A stretch of DNA of 56,115 bases, the filler included, from Sphacelaria rigidula (taxonomy: Eukaryota): assembly GCA_964200075.2 (NCBI GenBank). It is 4 parts of 4 records of this genome, joined end to end, with 100 filler letters (N's around TTAATTAATTAA, not from the genome) between each part and the next. Parts side by side here need not be neighbours in the genome. Positions count along the whole stretch, not along the records: positions 14,055 to 28,008 come from CAXNAA020002557.1; positions 28,109 to 42,062 come from CAXNAA020002558.1; 2 more parts are not named here. One strand, given 5' to 3'. This document shows, piece after piece, positions 25,433 through 38,683 of this stretch. The notes below the pieces were generated by a model. It had not been told where the DNA came from and made no database searches. It worked only from the letters and a program-made list of their open reading frames with translations. Made by a program: the position numbers and the translations under genes. Every line of letters starts with the position of its first letter. The stretch's first letter is position 1.

Positions 25433-26845
25433 CCCTTTTGGGACCGGACTCCCAGAAACATGGTATTTGCACCAGGGATGAGGGGGGGGGGGGTCACTCG
25501 GTATCATCGTCAGTCGTTTTCAAGAAAAAATTATGCCGATTCACCGAAAGGCCCTTGCGTGTAAACATCATGTTTTTGGGAGTACGGTCAAGAAAGGGTA
25601 GTCTATCTGGACCACTCATACTTTTTTCGAGTGAAGTTGATGCCGATTCAACATATGACCCATTCTCGTCGTTTAAGGGTTAACCCTTAGACCGCGAGGG
25701 TAGTTCATCTGGATCTCGCATACCTTTTTCAAGTGAAGTTGATGCCGATTCAACAGATGACCTACTCTCGTCGTCCAAGGTTCAACCCTTGGGCAGCGAG
25801 AGTAGGTCATCAATTGAATCGGCATCAATTTCACTTGAAAAATTATGCATAGTCCAGATGACCTGCGTTCGCGGTCTAAGGGTTGACCCCTAGACCGCGG
25901 TGCGGGTAGTCCATCCGTATGATGCATACTTTTTCAAGCGACCATTGATGCCGATTCAGCAGGTGACCTACCCTCGCGGTCAAAGAGTTAACCCTTACCC
26001 CTGAGACCGCGATGCGGGTAGTCCATCTAGATCACGCACACTTTTTTCAAGTGGATATTGATGCCGATTCAGCAGGTGACCTACCCTCGCGGTCAAAGGG
26101 TTAACCCTTAGACCGCGCTGCGGGTAGTCCATCTGGATCACGCATACTTTTTTCAACTGAAAATTGATGCCGATTTACCAGGTGACCTACCCTCGCGGTC
26201 TAAGGGTTAACCCTTAGACCGCGAGCTTAGTCTTCTGTTGAATCGGCATCAATTTCAAGTGAAAAAAAGTATGCATGGTCCAGAAAGACTATCTCGCGGT
26301 CTAAGGGTTAACCTATTTGGAACCCACTGACGGCATTTACCTTCTGAATCGGCATAATTTCGACTTGAAGAAGATGACTGAAAATGATTCCGATTCACAA
26401 GAACAAAAACTGTAAATGGGTTCCAAAAGAGTTAACCCTTAGACCACGAGGATAGTCTATCTGGATCAGGCATACTTTTTTCGAGTGAAATTGATGCCGG
26501 TCCCACACATGGCCTACTCTTGCTGTCTAAGGCTTAATACTTGAACAGCGAGAGGAGGTCATCTGTTCAATCGGCATCAACTTCCCTTGAGAAAAGTATG
26601 AATTATCCAGATGGACTACCTTCGCCGTCCAAGGGTTAATCCTTTGACCGCGAGGGTAGGTCACCTGCTGAATCGTCATCAAAACTCACTTGAAAAAAGT
26701 ATGCATGATCCAAATGGACTACCCGTACCGCGGTCTAAGGGTTCACTCTTAGACCGCGATGCGGGTAGTCCATCTGGATCACCAGTACTCCCAATCGTAC
26801 AGTAATTGATGTCGATTCAGCAGGTAACCCACCCTCGCGAGTTAA
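25433..26845. mobile_element. Array of 13 piggyBac-type mini-elements (families A, B, C; both orientations) joined at TTAA
   Basis: Junctions at 25680, ~25782, 25883, 25988, 26101, 26207, 26308, 26432, 26534, 26636, 26742 are mostly GGG-TTAA-CCC or 1-nt variants. Confidence 0.9.
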
Positions 26846-27765
26846 ACGGTACTCGTAAGTTACTGCTGAAACTACCGGGAGTCCCGAGTTTGAGATACGA
26901 GCTGGGCCAGCCTAAAAACGGATTTAAGCTCTCAAAGCAACATCTCATCGATACAGACGAGTTGGGCCGTGATCCGTATATCGCATGAATCGCCTAGTCA
27001 AGGGGAATATGCCCATCTGCTCAAAAATCTGGGCCAATGTTTTCTCGTCGATTAAACCCCATGTTTAGTAATTCCTATATATTTCGGAGACAGCGTCTAC
27101 ACTAAAATCCATATGAAAACCGAACGATACATTCAGCGGATGATGACGATTTTTGGTGTGAACCTTCCCTGGAGCACGGGAAGACGATATATACCCTCAC
27201 CTTTGCCTAATTCACTATCTGTCTCGAGATATGGCGCACACAATTTTGCATACTAAAATCAGTATATTAGAAGCAGAGGCACTAGATGCCCTAAATCTAG
27301 ATATCGAGTCTCAGTTTTTGAAAGTCGTTCTATGAAATTTCGTACGGTGAACCGCTAGTTCATGGTACAAAAAATAACAGCTTGTTACCTTTCTTTCGTT
27401 TTTTTTGTCCTTTATTTTTTTTCATGTTTTTAGTGGAGTTCTAAGGAGAAATGAACATTGCTCTTGGGCCTTATTTCGATGTTTTAGCTTAATTTTTAGA
27501 ATTGTGATTTGAAACTCAGCATGGAGAACCACGAAGGTCTGCCTTATACGAAAAAAATGGGCCTTTATTTATTTATTTATTTCATAGAGGTTAGGGCGTT
27601 CTCGTGAAGAAATGGTCTTCACCATACTAGGGCGCCCTAAACCAGTGAAAAAAAAATTGAAAAAACCTGACCCACTGAGCTTTGTTAATTAGGCCGGGTG
27701 TTATGGCAAACGGATTTCTGGCCGACGGATTGTTCATTTTTGGGACGTTTAACCCACCCTTTGAC

Positions 27766-28008
27766 CCCCAAACAGGGAAAACCGCCAACACACGTCTCAA
27801 ACACTTTGCATCACCCCACAGAGAGGAGCCCAGTCTGCTTTTCAGATTCGCTTGGCTCCGAGGTTTCAAGATTGGCCGCTGAACAAGAATTCGTGCGCAA
27901 AAATCTGTGCTTGCCGACCCCCGTCAGTTTGCATAAGCATACTAGGCTCCTCTCTGTGGGGTGATGCAAAGTGTCCGAGACGTGTGTTGGCGGTTTTCCC
28001 TGTTTGGG
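27766..28008. mobile_element. Inverted-repeat element cut by the scaffold end
   Basis: 27766-27840 (CCCAAACAGGGAAAACCGCCAACACACGTCTC...) is nearly the reverse complement of 27935-28008. Confidence 0.8.
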
Positions 28009-28108
28009 NNNNNNNNNNNNNNNNNNNNNNNNNNNNNNNNNNNNNNNNNNNNTTAATTAATTAANNNNNNNNNNNNNNNNNNNNNNNNNNNNNNNNNNNN
28101 NNNNNNNN
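28009..28108. other. Artificial scaffold linker
   Basis: N44-TTAATTAATTAA-N44. Confidence 0.99.
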
Positions 28109-28358
28109 GTGTGGCGGTGGGGGAGGGGCGGGGGTGGACCAGGGAGGGGAGGGGCGGGGGGGAGGGAGAGGGAGGGGGAAACAAAGAGGAAGAAGCTAAG
28201 CAGAGTAAACTGAAATAGCATGCACGAACGCACGAACGCACGCATACACACCTACACACGACTTTTTACACCTGGCGTGCGCAAGCAACTTAGCAATGCC
28301 TGCATTGAACTTGTTGTGTACGTACGTTGTGTTCTCAATCAACAGTTTGAGAACCAAA

Positions 28359-28482
28359 CCCCCCAGGGAGCGCTGATTTTTGTTTCCGTGAATCGGCACT
28401 ATTTTCAGTCCTTCTCAAGTCAAAATCATGCCGATTCACAAAGATTCACAAAACAAAAATTAGCACTTTAGTTCCCGAAGGG
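28359..28482. mobile_element. Solo family-C-related piggyBac-type mini-element
   Basis: CCC...GTGAATCGGCA...TGCCGATTCACA...GAAGGG|TTAA; same internal inverted motif as the family-C units. Confidence 0.65.
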
Positions 28483-28523
28483 TTAACATTCGAAAAAAAC
28501 ACGGAACCTACTCGTGTGGGATG

Positions 28524-28765
28524 TCACAACGTAGCATCTCTTCCTGTTCTATGTCCGACACACAGACCTGATGAAGTCGAGGCATTGTGACCGGTATTAG
28601 CCGTTAACTTGATGGGCCGGCCGCTCCCACGCGAAGCCAACACCTGAACGATACCATGGTTGTGATGGTTGCTACCTAACTGTTGACTGTGGGAGGAACC
28701 CGCCGCGGACGCCCAGAGGAGATCGTTAGCTCTGGAAGATGACAAGAAACGTCCACCTCCGCTAA
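28524..28765 (-). CDS. Putative last exon of a minus-strand gene (unknown low-complexity protein)
   Basis: Pyrimidine tract + AAACAG acceptor; phase-1 start matches exon 30985-31267; open to TGA. Confidence 0.4.
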
Positions 28766-29242
28766 CTGTTTTGTTTTCGTGGGGGGGGGGAAGGAGAAGG
28801 GAGGGGGAATGGAGCGGAGCCAGCAAAACGCAGCGCAAAATCGAAGGAGGTTAGTTGTCGACCGACCAGACGCATAAAAAGTGTGTTCTGCGCGCCTTTT
28901 TGACGAATACAAAGGCTTTCCAAACTGCTTCTTCGGGTTAATATCGTATTTTTGTGCATTTCGCGATCAACAATATATTATCAGGGCACGCGAAATTTGT
29001 CCTGCCTCGTCATTTTTTTTTCTGCAATACAGGTATTGTAATGAGCTCATCATTTCGGACTCATTGTACGGACACCAGCTGACACCACAAAGCAAAGTCA
29101 ATCTTCGTTACATCTGCGGTACGTACGTAGGCCTTAGATGTGAGCACGTTTCGAGATTTTTACTTCCCTGCAGAAACAATCGTTCACGGACAGCAAGTGA
29201 CTCATGCAAGGTCTTCATGGGTGTACACGTACTCCGTTCATT

Positions 29243-29568
29243 GCCGCGGCGCCCCGGTGGTGGAATGGCCCTACTGTCTTCATTAGGGTAGACAGGAGAA
29301 GGGTTCGATTCCCGACGCGTTGGGTTTTTCCTTCGTAGTATCTGATTTTCACCGCGGAAAGCGTGAGAACGTGACTAAACAAAATGGTCGACTGAGTTCG
29401 TTTGACGTAAGTTGACGCGGTGCGGGAGTGCTGATAGTCATAACCCAATCCGCGAGACCCAAATGCAAGGCCTATACCGGGGAGAGATGGGTTGATCTCC
29501 TGAGACCACGGACTCGTCCCCACGAAGGGGAGGGGTTCAAAGTGCGACGAATAAAATAAAAAAACAAA
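29243..29568 (+). mobile_element. tRNA-derived SINE (~310 bp)
   Basis: A-box TGGTGGAATGG, B-box GGTTCGATTCC, A-rich tail; homologous to 37884-38192 and 38684-38984. Confidence 0.85.
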
Positions 29569-30984
29569 CTCAGAGGGACAACAGGGCAGTGCCGCGCGCT
29601 ACTACCGTGTCTCGTGGTTGACAAAATATTCATTCGTGATATCTCTATACCGCAGGAGCGCTCGTTCATCCAAATCCTGCCCAGAAGCTTCATCGGTGGC
29701 ATTATTATAATGATTAATTCTGCACATTAGTCCCATCTCTCGAACCCGTGGACACAGACGTAGACTCGTCTTTCCAATATCGTCGCTGCTGTTATTTACA
29801 AGTCACCGAGTCCCCCCTCTATAAGTTTTTGGCATAAATGGACCCAATGATGACCACTGCACTTCGGAGTACAGCAGTTGCCCGTTGACGTCTAGATCGA
29901 CCAACAACTGTAATATGACCGTGTATTCGAGAAACATGTCTTTCACGGAAGAACGACTACAGTAGCGCGGGCGTCATGTCCGTGCTCTATTAATAGTCAT
30001 AGGTGTAGACCTACCGCAGTGCGAAGTGCGGGGTCCCACGACAGTACGGTCAGAAATATCCTTACCATGCTGTAGTAGGATCCAATCAAATTCTTGGTAG
30101 CAAAATATGAGGCGGGTAGAGTAGAGGGGAGGAAATGGGTCGGTCCCTCGAGCCTACGGACTCGCTTCTAGGAAGGGAAGAGATCATTAGTATGGCGCAA
30201 ATGCGCCCATGGTTATGTACACCCATCTTTACGCATTGCGTGTCACGGGTACCCCAGCCCCCAGCCCCCAGCCCCGCAGAGGAGTCGTGAGTGAGCGCAG
30301 CAACTGTGCTAAACTTATTACGATGGTTGAGCCGAGATTCGGACTGAGGACCCCGCGGTCACTTGGCAAATAGTCATATCCCAAGTGCTGTCTGTATGAA
30401 GAAGTGAAGAGTCTTCGAGACACACTCATCGTAACTTACCCTTACTGTGGTGCAATGCCCACAAAATAACCCAACCCTCGATACCTTACACAGAACCCGA
30501 ATCCAGTTGGGAGCAGTTAGCGAACGAATCGATTTTGCGGCCACGGTGTGCACCTTCCCAGGCACTATTTGTGCTAGATGAGACCTCAATCCTGCTACTG
30601 TGACGAACGGATTAGTCGCAGACCCACGGTGCACCACCTCTCTCTCTTTTTCTGGTCTCAACGCATCCGATGGTACTTACATCCACCCGAGAGCTGCTAC
30701 TTCATCGAACAAATAAGCTTCAAAGGCGCGGAGTTTACTTCATTGGCTAGTTGCCTTACCGTCGCACATTGAATGATATGTTACAAATCTTATTGCGGGC
30801 AAAAATCCCAATACGTACGCAACGCAGACGCAACCAAATGCAGAAACAATCAAGGGCGGAAACTCGACGAAATATTTGAAATGAAAACGAAAAGGAAAGG
30901 AAAAAGGAAAACAGGAGGAAGGAAACGGAATGAAGTGGTCTGGATGTCTCAAACCTACTCAACCCCATGCACGCTAGAGGGCAC

Positions 30985-31267
30985 CTGAATCCACCATGGA
31001 GCTGGCGAACGAATCCGTCTCGAAACCGCGATACGAATCTACGCGCGCCTCGTCCCATTCGTCCAGCTCCCCTTCATCGTCATCGTCATCGTCCGCAACG
31101 TTTTCCCCGTCTTCGTCGTCGACACCCCGGACGACTCCAGCGACCCCGAACTTCTTCTGAGAGGTTTTTGGGAAACTTTCGCGGTAACGGTCTTGCGAAC
31201 CTTTCCTCGGTGGCTCCTCGCGCTCATAGTCGGTGGAGGAGGAGGATGAGGATGATTCAAATAGCTC
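30985..31267 (-). CDS. Internal exon, acidic/Ser-rich unknown protein
   Basis: CAG|GAGCTA acceptor and CAG|GT donor; 283 nt open (ELFESSSS...DDDDDDEGELDEWD...); phase 0 start matches the upstream exon. Confidence 0.65.
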
Positions 31268-31638
31268 CTGTTTATCGGTCGTGGGGGACAGGGGTAACGG
31301 CAACCACGAAACATTAGGATTCAAAGAATAAAATATGAAAAAATGAAAAACACTCGGTGAACGCCAACGGCCTGCGGAAAAGCTCAACTTCAAGTCGAGA
31401 TCGATGCGGTGCGAAGCAAGTACAGGGAGGTGTACTTATGATCTCGCATCCCTACAAAGCCGGAACGGCGCACGCCGGGTTCTCGCCGCACCGGGCTTGC
31501 GATCAATCATCAAGTGCGGAGCGCCGTGATATATCCGGCGAGTCTCACCAAGAGTGTTCTGCATTCTGCTAAGATTGTTCGGCGCGAAACGTGCCGATTA
31601 TCGTGCATATGGTTCGTGAGATCGGACTAATGTGCGGA

Positions 31639-31640
<2 letters not shown>

Positions 31641-31682
<42 letters not shown>

Positions 31683-31693
31683 TAAAAATAATA
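31641..31693. repeat. (AAT)n microsatellite
   Basis: Direct reading. Confidence 0.95.
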
Positions 31694-32982
31694 ATGGATG
31701 GCAACCTCGAACGAATTGCTTCATTTTCGGGTATCGCCACTTCCAGAGACGGCCGCGGGTTACACACTGCTCATGGGTCGCACCATAAAAAGCACATGGA
31801 GTGTACTCATGATCTTGCATGCCGTAGTCATAAGACCCCTTGTCACCGACATGCCAACAACAAATACGAAATTTGAAGACGGAAACTACGCTCCGCGGAA
31901 GACAATTGGCGTATGAGTTCACTGGGATACTCTGAGAGTCTGGGCCAACGGCTTATTGCAAGCCTATGTTAGCAGATAAATAACCCTGACAAACGCTCAA
32001 CGTTTGTTCCGAGTCCCGAGCATGCTGTGAAACATTGTGCGGCAAACGGCTCTTTCCCGGAAAACTGCGGAATTTCGTTTTTCCTGGTTTCCCGTTGGCG
32101 TGGTCCTGGCCTCTTCCCTGGAGACGTGAACGATAACTTCCTTTCACGTGTCCTCACTCTACATTCCTCCTCGACCACTCCGTCTATCTAGTGCGAATCA
32201 GCAGGGATTGTCACCTCCTCGGAAGCGGCCACTTTGTGTACATACACACGGCACTCTTTTGCCACAAGCCACAGGCTTGACCATACAGGTAACCGCCGAA
32301 AAGAATGCAACATGTGAATAACCTGAGGATATGAATGATACTCGTGAGTAAGCTTCCCGTCTGTCCTGCACGGCTCGAGTGACAACCCTTGTGATACCAC
32401 AGGGTTTTGCATTTCTTCACATGCACACGTTTTCCCTTCATCGTTGTTTTTCTCAGTCTGCTCTGTTTGTTCTGCCCTTTCTATTTTCCCCACTTTTTTT
32501 ACAGCGTTCCAATCTTGCTTGGTTGCGGGTGCGTCTATCACGTGACCCCGGCAGGATCCCAGGCGGATAATATTTAATGCGGCGATCAATCATCAATCAA
32601 AATCACACTTGAATTACATACGTATACATCGAGTTTTGCTGTTTCTATCTCCCTTGCGTCATAATACCCCGTATCTGAACTTCCTTGTAGCACATGCGTC
32701 CGTGTTCATACCTTGGGTATGTCTACCTTACGACCCTGGCTGAATTCCCGACAAAAAACAATTTCACGTGCAACCATAGATGTTTACGCTGACGGAATTT
32801 TGACTCGCCTAGTACCGTGTACCTTGCTGAAATTCCTATGATCTAGCGGGGGCCGGACCCTTGTTGACGTCAAGGTGTTAGTTTTTTTCCGCTGGAACAA
32901 CTATTCCGAACCCTTAACGGGGAAACAAAGACAACAACCTGCTGGCTCATGGGTGCTCACGGGGTGTAGCACGTCAACTCAC

Positions 32983-34031
32983 CTGCTCGCTTCCGAGCCA
33001 AGGCATTGCCTTCGATAGGATTCTCTTCTTTCCCCGACCCTCATCATCACCATCGCCGTCGTCGTCGTCATCACCGGCTGCATCGACGCGCGGGGAGGAG
33101 GCCAAGAACAACGAATATCCCGGTGTCGCCCGTGCCTCCATCAGTACCACTTTGCGATCGAAGAGCTGCTTCGGGTCGGAACCGTATCCGGTATCGCTGT
33201 CTTCATTATCGTCATCCTCCTCGCCCTCCGCGGCGCCGCTGCCTGCATTCGTCGTGGACTTGTCACCTGTGCCCGAGACAAAATCGCAACTTCTGCTTCC
33301 CACCGGGCTCCTGGCGTCGCTTTCTTCACCGCCACTGCTGCCGCTGCTGCCGCTGCTGTTCCCTATACAGGGTGTACCACTCGTCTTCGGGAATGTTACC
33401 TCCCGTGAACCTCTGGTGTTCGACCCACTCCGAGAAGGTGAGGGCGACGATGATATGGACGTGGACGATGACGACGAAGACCTCACCATAGACGACGACG
33501 GCGACCCTTTCCCGTCGCCCTCAGCATTGTCGTTCCTCTTCTGAATCCAAGAATTGTCGGGCTTTGTTTTTGCTGGTACTCGATCCTTTTTCGGATCACC
33601 ACCGACAACGCCGCTACGGACTGGTGCCCCCTTTGAGCTTCCATTGCTGCGACTAGTGTCATCACCACCCCCAGAACGACCCCGACCGCGTTGAACAGCA
33701 TCACCATCGCTGTCTCCACTGCTACCAGCATCCCCGACCGCCGAACTCCGTCCGCCTTTCACCCGGTTACCCTCTCTGAGCGGCTCAGCACCCTCACCCA
33801 AAGCTTCGGGATCACAGGCATCATCATCTACTTCCACCGAATTCTGAGAGAGAAACGGTTGATACCCTATGCCGCCCCTGATCTTGATTTCCGTCTCGTC
33901 AAGCTCCAGCTCTTCCCTGGAGAATCCTTCGTAGTACTTGTCCCTGGTTTCCACGAACTCGATTCCGCACTCCATGGCTTCCCGCATCCAGTTCTCGCGG
34001 GCCTCTTTATCCGTCAAGCCGCCCTTCCCAT
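32983..34031 (-). CDS. Large internal exon, Ser/Gly/Asp-rich, probably disordered protein
   Basis: 1049 nt open frame; pyrimidine tract + AAG acceptor; canonical CAG|GTGAGT donor. Confidence 0.75.
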
Positions 34032-37000
34032 CTTCAGCGTGCACGGGTATGTGACAGAACGGAACAGATCAAAAGACCAAACAGAACGGCAAACATCTCG
34101 GTGTCATGTGCGTCTCCACCACGTGTTTGAGTGTTCTGCATAGATCATTCTAGAACATGCCGAGCGAGACGGAGTTTCGGAACGTGTTTTCAGAGCACAC
34201 GTCCATCTTGGATAATACTCCGTAATGTTCTTACAAAAGACGTTCTTCCGGGAACGTAATTCTCTCCCACATTTTGATAATTACACAAAGGCATGTGCTC
34301 TTTTTGTCGGAGAAGTGGGCACTATGATACGATGGATGGATTTTTCTTGCCACCCTAACGTGTTTTCGCCAGGAACAATGCGATATGTATATCTTCGGCG
34401 CGGAACTCAATCTAGCAGCGATGGTATTTCACGGCCTTCGTCTTTGTGACGTGCATATGGCCATATCTCATGCGGATGTGAATCTTTAATCACGGTAACG
34501 CATGAAGATCGTTTCACCTCTCCATGTCGCTACATCATAAGCCCGCACACTCTCAATACCCACAACTCTCTATATAAGCTTCACACTTAGTGGCGATGAT
34601 GGGGGTCAGCTCCCTTGCATAACAAGTCGTTGAGATTTTCGAACACAAACGCAACGGTGAAGCAGAATATAGATGCCCCATAAGATGTGACCTGAAACGC
34701 GAAAGATCCGCCTCCACTGTCATTCTTTCAATTCCCCCCATTACTCGAGTTCAACGGTCATATCACTACGGCATGCAACATCATCACTACCTCCCCCGCC
34801 AACTACTCGAGACGAGGTCGTGGTCCCAAGGAATTGACCCACCTAACCCCTGTTACCAACCCGATAATTTGATACCAAGCATTGGATCATGACCATCAGC
34901 ACTCCCGATGCCCGACACCTGCACGCCTTCACGCTCTCCACGACGGAATCCGTACAACAATCAGTGTCGAGGTTCGAACCCACTACTACTTCGCCGCTAC
35001 CGGCCGACCATGTGCCACTGTGACCACAGGAGCCGAGGGCGCAGCGGTCAGTATATTTGACAAAGTTGATATGTCGTAAAACCCGCACCTTTCTCACGAC
35101 CATCACCATAACCGCTGTCGAACCGGTCCGCGCGGATCCTTCCTTCTTCAGTAAACCCCGTAGCATAGGCACTCTGCTGCTGCCGCCGCCCTTTTCCTGG
35201 CGTTCCCTCCACCTGAGACGCACCGCGATAGGGCGGAAAAACGAACCATGGTCTTCTTGCACAAGTCATAGTGTAACTTGATCAAGGTTCCCCTGCTCAT
35301 ATCCCCACGAGAGAGCGATATGGACCCTGCTGCGTTGTTTCACTACTGAGGCACCTGCCTACCTCTTACCCTGTAATATATGAAACAGAAGTCAAATGGA
35401 CGCTAGGACCGAGTGATGAATGGCACGTTGTGAATATATCGTAGACACCGTTTGCTAGCGCACCGCTCACCCCCTCAACGTCATTATTCAAAGTCGACAT
35501 TTTGTCGACAGCTACAGAACCCACCTTCAGCTGTAACGCCGAATTTATGTCTACATGTGTATACTGCCGTATCGTTGACAATCATTTAACTGGCATCCAT
35601 CTCTCGGTAGACTCGCTTCTTCGACAGACAGTGCGTTTCATGCCATGTGCGACAATCAATGAATGAATGGATCAATCACACAATCAATCACACAATCAAT
35701 CGATCGATCAGTGCAGGTTGTCCTCTCTAAAAAAATCGAGTTGGACAACTGTCTTTACCATGGAGTGTGTCGTCACAACGGGAGGTTGCTGTCGCGGCAT
35801 GTAGAAAATCGAGGAGCCATTTTCTGATCCGCGTCAGTTACGAGAACGCCACTGCCACCATCGAAACCCAACACGATCTAAAGCCTGGCCCAGTCTGTAA
35901 TAATACGTGTGCCAACACCACCGCTGGAACATGACACGATGAACACAAACTAGATGGGTGTTTCGTTTTTCGTTCTACTCCCCCCTCCTTCCGCCTTCAC
36001 CCCTTCCTGCCTCGTGTGATCCGGACTCGTTGAAGTCATGAGTCGTCGATTTTGCCCGAGTCATATCCAAACCACCTATCCACTGTACTTGGGCACATAT
36101 CATCAGCAGCTGCAAAGATGGAAGCGGACGGGTTATAAGCAGATGGCCAATGCAGTCATACAGACAGGAGAACACGAGCAGCTAGCCAACTTCACAGGTC
36201 GTTCTGGCGGCTCACACAAAACAACGTGTACATACAGATGCACTTGATACTCGGCTTCATCCAATCACGTCTGGTTCCTACACACCAAGATGTTTGCTCT
36301 CACATTAAAACATTCAGTTACTCAGATAGCCGAAACAGGTTCTCATCACGAGTATTCAACATAAAATCTGCGGGCGAGTAATTGTTGATGAAATCAAAAA
36401 GTGAACAGTGAATACACGTACGCATATTTTCATCAGTCATTATTGGTGGATTAGCATACAGCCGCGAGCTGGGGTGCCTGCACTATCCGTAGAGCAATCT
36501 GTTGTAGAACATGACCGTAACACATTCACAATAGTAAAGAAGATGTACGGAAAGCGTTTCGAAGCTATTCCGGAGGGGTGCTCCCTCAGGTAGCTTTGAA
36601 GTTCAAATGAAAACCTGCAACCGACATAAGAGCAAGGAAGACTCGCCTCTTCTGGGCAATCCTCCCCTTCACTATCGTGCTCTTCGACATCTTCCAAAGG
36701 TGCGCCGGAGGCCCGGCGTTTCTCGACAACAGGAGAGAGGCCTTTCCCTCCTTTGTAACGGGATCTCGTGGAACTGCCGGCTGCGTACCGCTCTCGGCAT
36801 ATCGGCAGCGCCCTGTGCAATGCATGTCATGGGGTTCGTGGGGGTCGCGTTCGGGAGATGAATCCAGTGTGTTGGGAGGCAGAACTTTGCAGCCAACCAC
36901 CACCATTATCATCACTTGAAACCGGGAAGCAAGAGCAACTGTGGAGGATGGCAATAACATTAGGAACTATCATCAGCATCACCACCAACGGACAGCCAAC

Positions 37001-37883
37001 ACGAAAAACTCTAATATTCAATTTAAAATCACTGTTCTCGGAGTAATCTCACATATGGCTCCACTTGAATAACAACGACAAAAAAATACTGCCTCTAAGC
37101 ACTAGCAGACACCCCAATAGGCAACAGGCAACAGGCAACAGACTTGGATATCACAATGGGAGGTATACACAGGCGTCAGAACGCCGAAGTGTTCGGTAAG
37201 GTCCACACCCTGGACAATATAAGGTGATAGATGCAATAGACGAGACGTGTACTGCATAAAGTGTAGGCCTTTTGTAACTATTGCCGGCTGACAATAGTCG
37301 CAATAGGCCTATACTTTATGCACTACGTTTCTTGTCTGTTGCAACTTTTGACCATATATTGTCCAAGGTGTGGTACGGTCACGGAGGATCGGGCTGCAAC
37401 CAACCCGGCATACAAAGACCGGGGTTAAAACACTCTCACACCCTCACAGTTCATCTCGCGAATGAAATATAAAAAGCACGTTTTATGTGAAAGTGACTCA
37501 TCTCCCTTCCCTGTCAATAGAAGCAACTGAGAAGTCGTCAGTCGTGATGAGTGGATTAGATGGCACATCGCGGCGGGGTACCCCCCCCCCTCCACCGGAG
37601 CACTGATGTTCATGATCACAAAAATAACAGGGAAAGCAACGGGTGACGACAATGCTAACAACTCCAAGGGTGTGCCAGTTGGGATAGGGTACTAACTCTC
37701 TCAAAATTTGCGATGGCCCGATCTCCAACCTCTCCTGAAATATTCGGTAAAGCTGGGCACAAACGCAGTACTCTACCCAGTTTCTGGCTTTTGTAGAGTA
37801 CAATCTCGATCCTTTGCCCGAGTGTCGAGTACTTCGAAACGATTTATTAGAACCCACACGTGTGAAATACGCTACCCAGAGCC

Positions 37884-38192
37884 GCCGCGCCCCGGTGGTG
37901 TAACGGTCCGACCGTCGCCATTAGGACGGAGAGAACGAGGCTTCGATCCCCGATGCGTTGATTTTTTTTTTGGTAGTGTATGATTTCTACTGTGGAAAGC
38001 GTGAGAACGTGAGTAAACAAAGCAGTCGACTGAGTTTATTTGAGGTGAGTTGACGCGGTGCGGGAGTGCTGATCCAACCCGCGAGACCAAAATGAAAGGC
38101 GCGTACCGGGGAAGAGATGGATTGATCCCTTGAGACCACGGACTCATTTCGAAGAAGGGGAGGGGTTCAAAGTGCGACGGAAAGAGAAAAAA
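37884..38192 (+). mobile_element. tRNA-derived SINE
   Basis: GCGCCCCGGTGGTGTAACGG (A-box)...GCTTCGATCCCC (B-box)...GGGGAGGGGTTCAAAGTGCG + A-rich tail. Confidence 0.85.
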
Positions 38193-38214
38193 CGCTCCTT
38201 TGAAAACAACTCAC

Positions 38215-38367
38215 TTTTTTTCCGGAGACGGCGCCGCTCTTGCCGCAGCGATGGCGAACATCATGGGGTTGGTAACGACCACGCGGGGGAACTTGTAATC
38301 GGGCGGCAGTTTCATGCGGCGCAACAGCCTATTGCCGCGATCTCGGACAAACTCCGGCCGCATCAGT
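38215..38367 (-). CDS. 153-nt internal exon (LMRPEFVRDRGNRLLRRMKLPPDYKFPRVVVTNPMMFAIAAARAAPSPEK)
   Basis: TTCTACAG acceptor after a pyrimidine tract; GTGAGT donor; single open frame, symmetric phase. Confidence 0.65.
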
Positions 38368-38683
38368 CTGTAGAATATGAACAGCTGCACAGAACAGAAA
38401 AAATATACACATACATGGAGGACAGTTGTGTTCATATCGTGTGTTACAAGATTTTTTTTTCTCTTGAAGAAAACTGGGAAATCTCAGCCAACACTTGTCC
38501 CGCAAGCGGTTTCGTGCGCCGAATACCCGGACGGACTATTAATAGATACACGAGTGACCACCTCACATGCCCCGCTGTTCGTTGGATGGTTGGTTATGGA
38601 ATTAATGTTTCTCGTCAAGCCTCGGTGTTGGGAGCAAGCTGCATGTGTTGGGAGCAAGCTGCATATATTTATACATGTATATA

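Noticed and set aside
25433-26845. CRISPR array or integron
   Set aside because: No unique spacers, cas genes, integrase or cassette ORFs; units are whole TIR elements in mixed orientation, in a eukaryotic context.
29243-29320. Functional tRNA genes at SINE heads (also 37884, 38910-38984, 41826, 49029)
   Set aside because: A/B boxes are present but acceptor and anticodon stems do not close, and the heads continue into SINE bodies where these can be traced.
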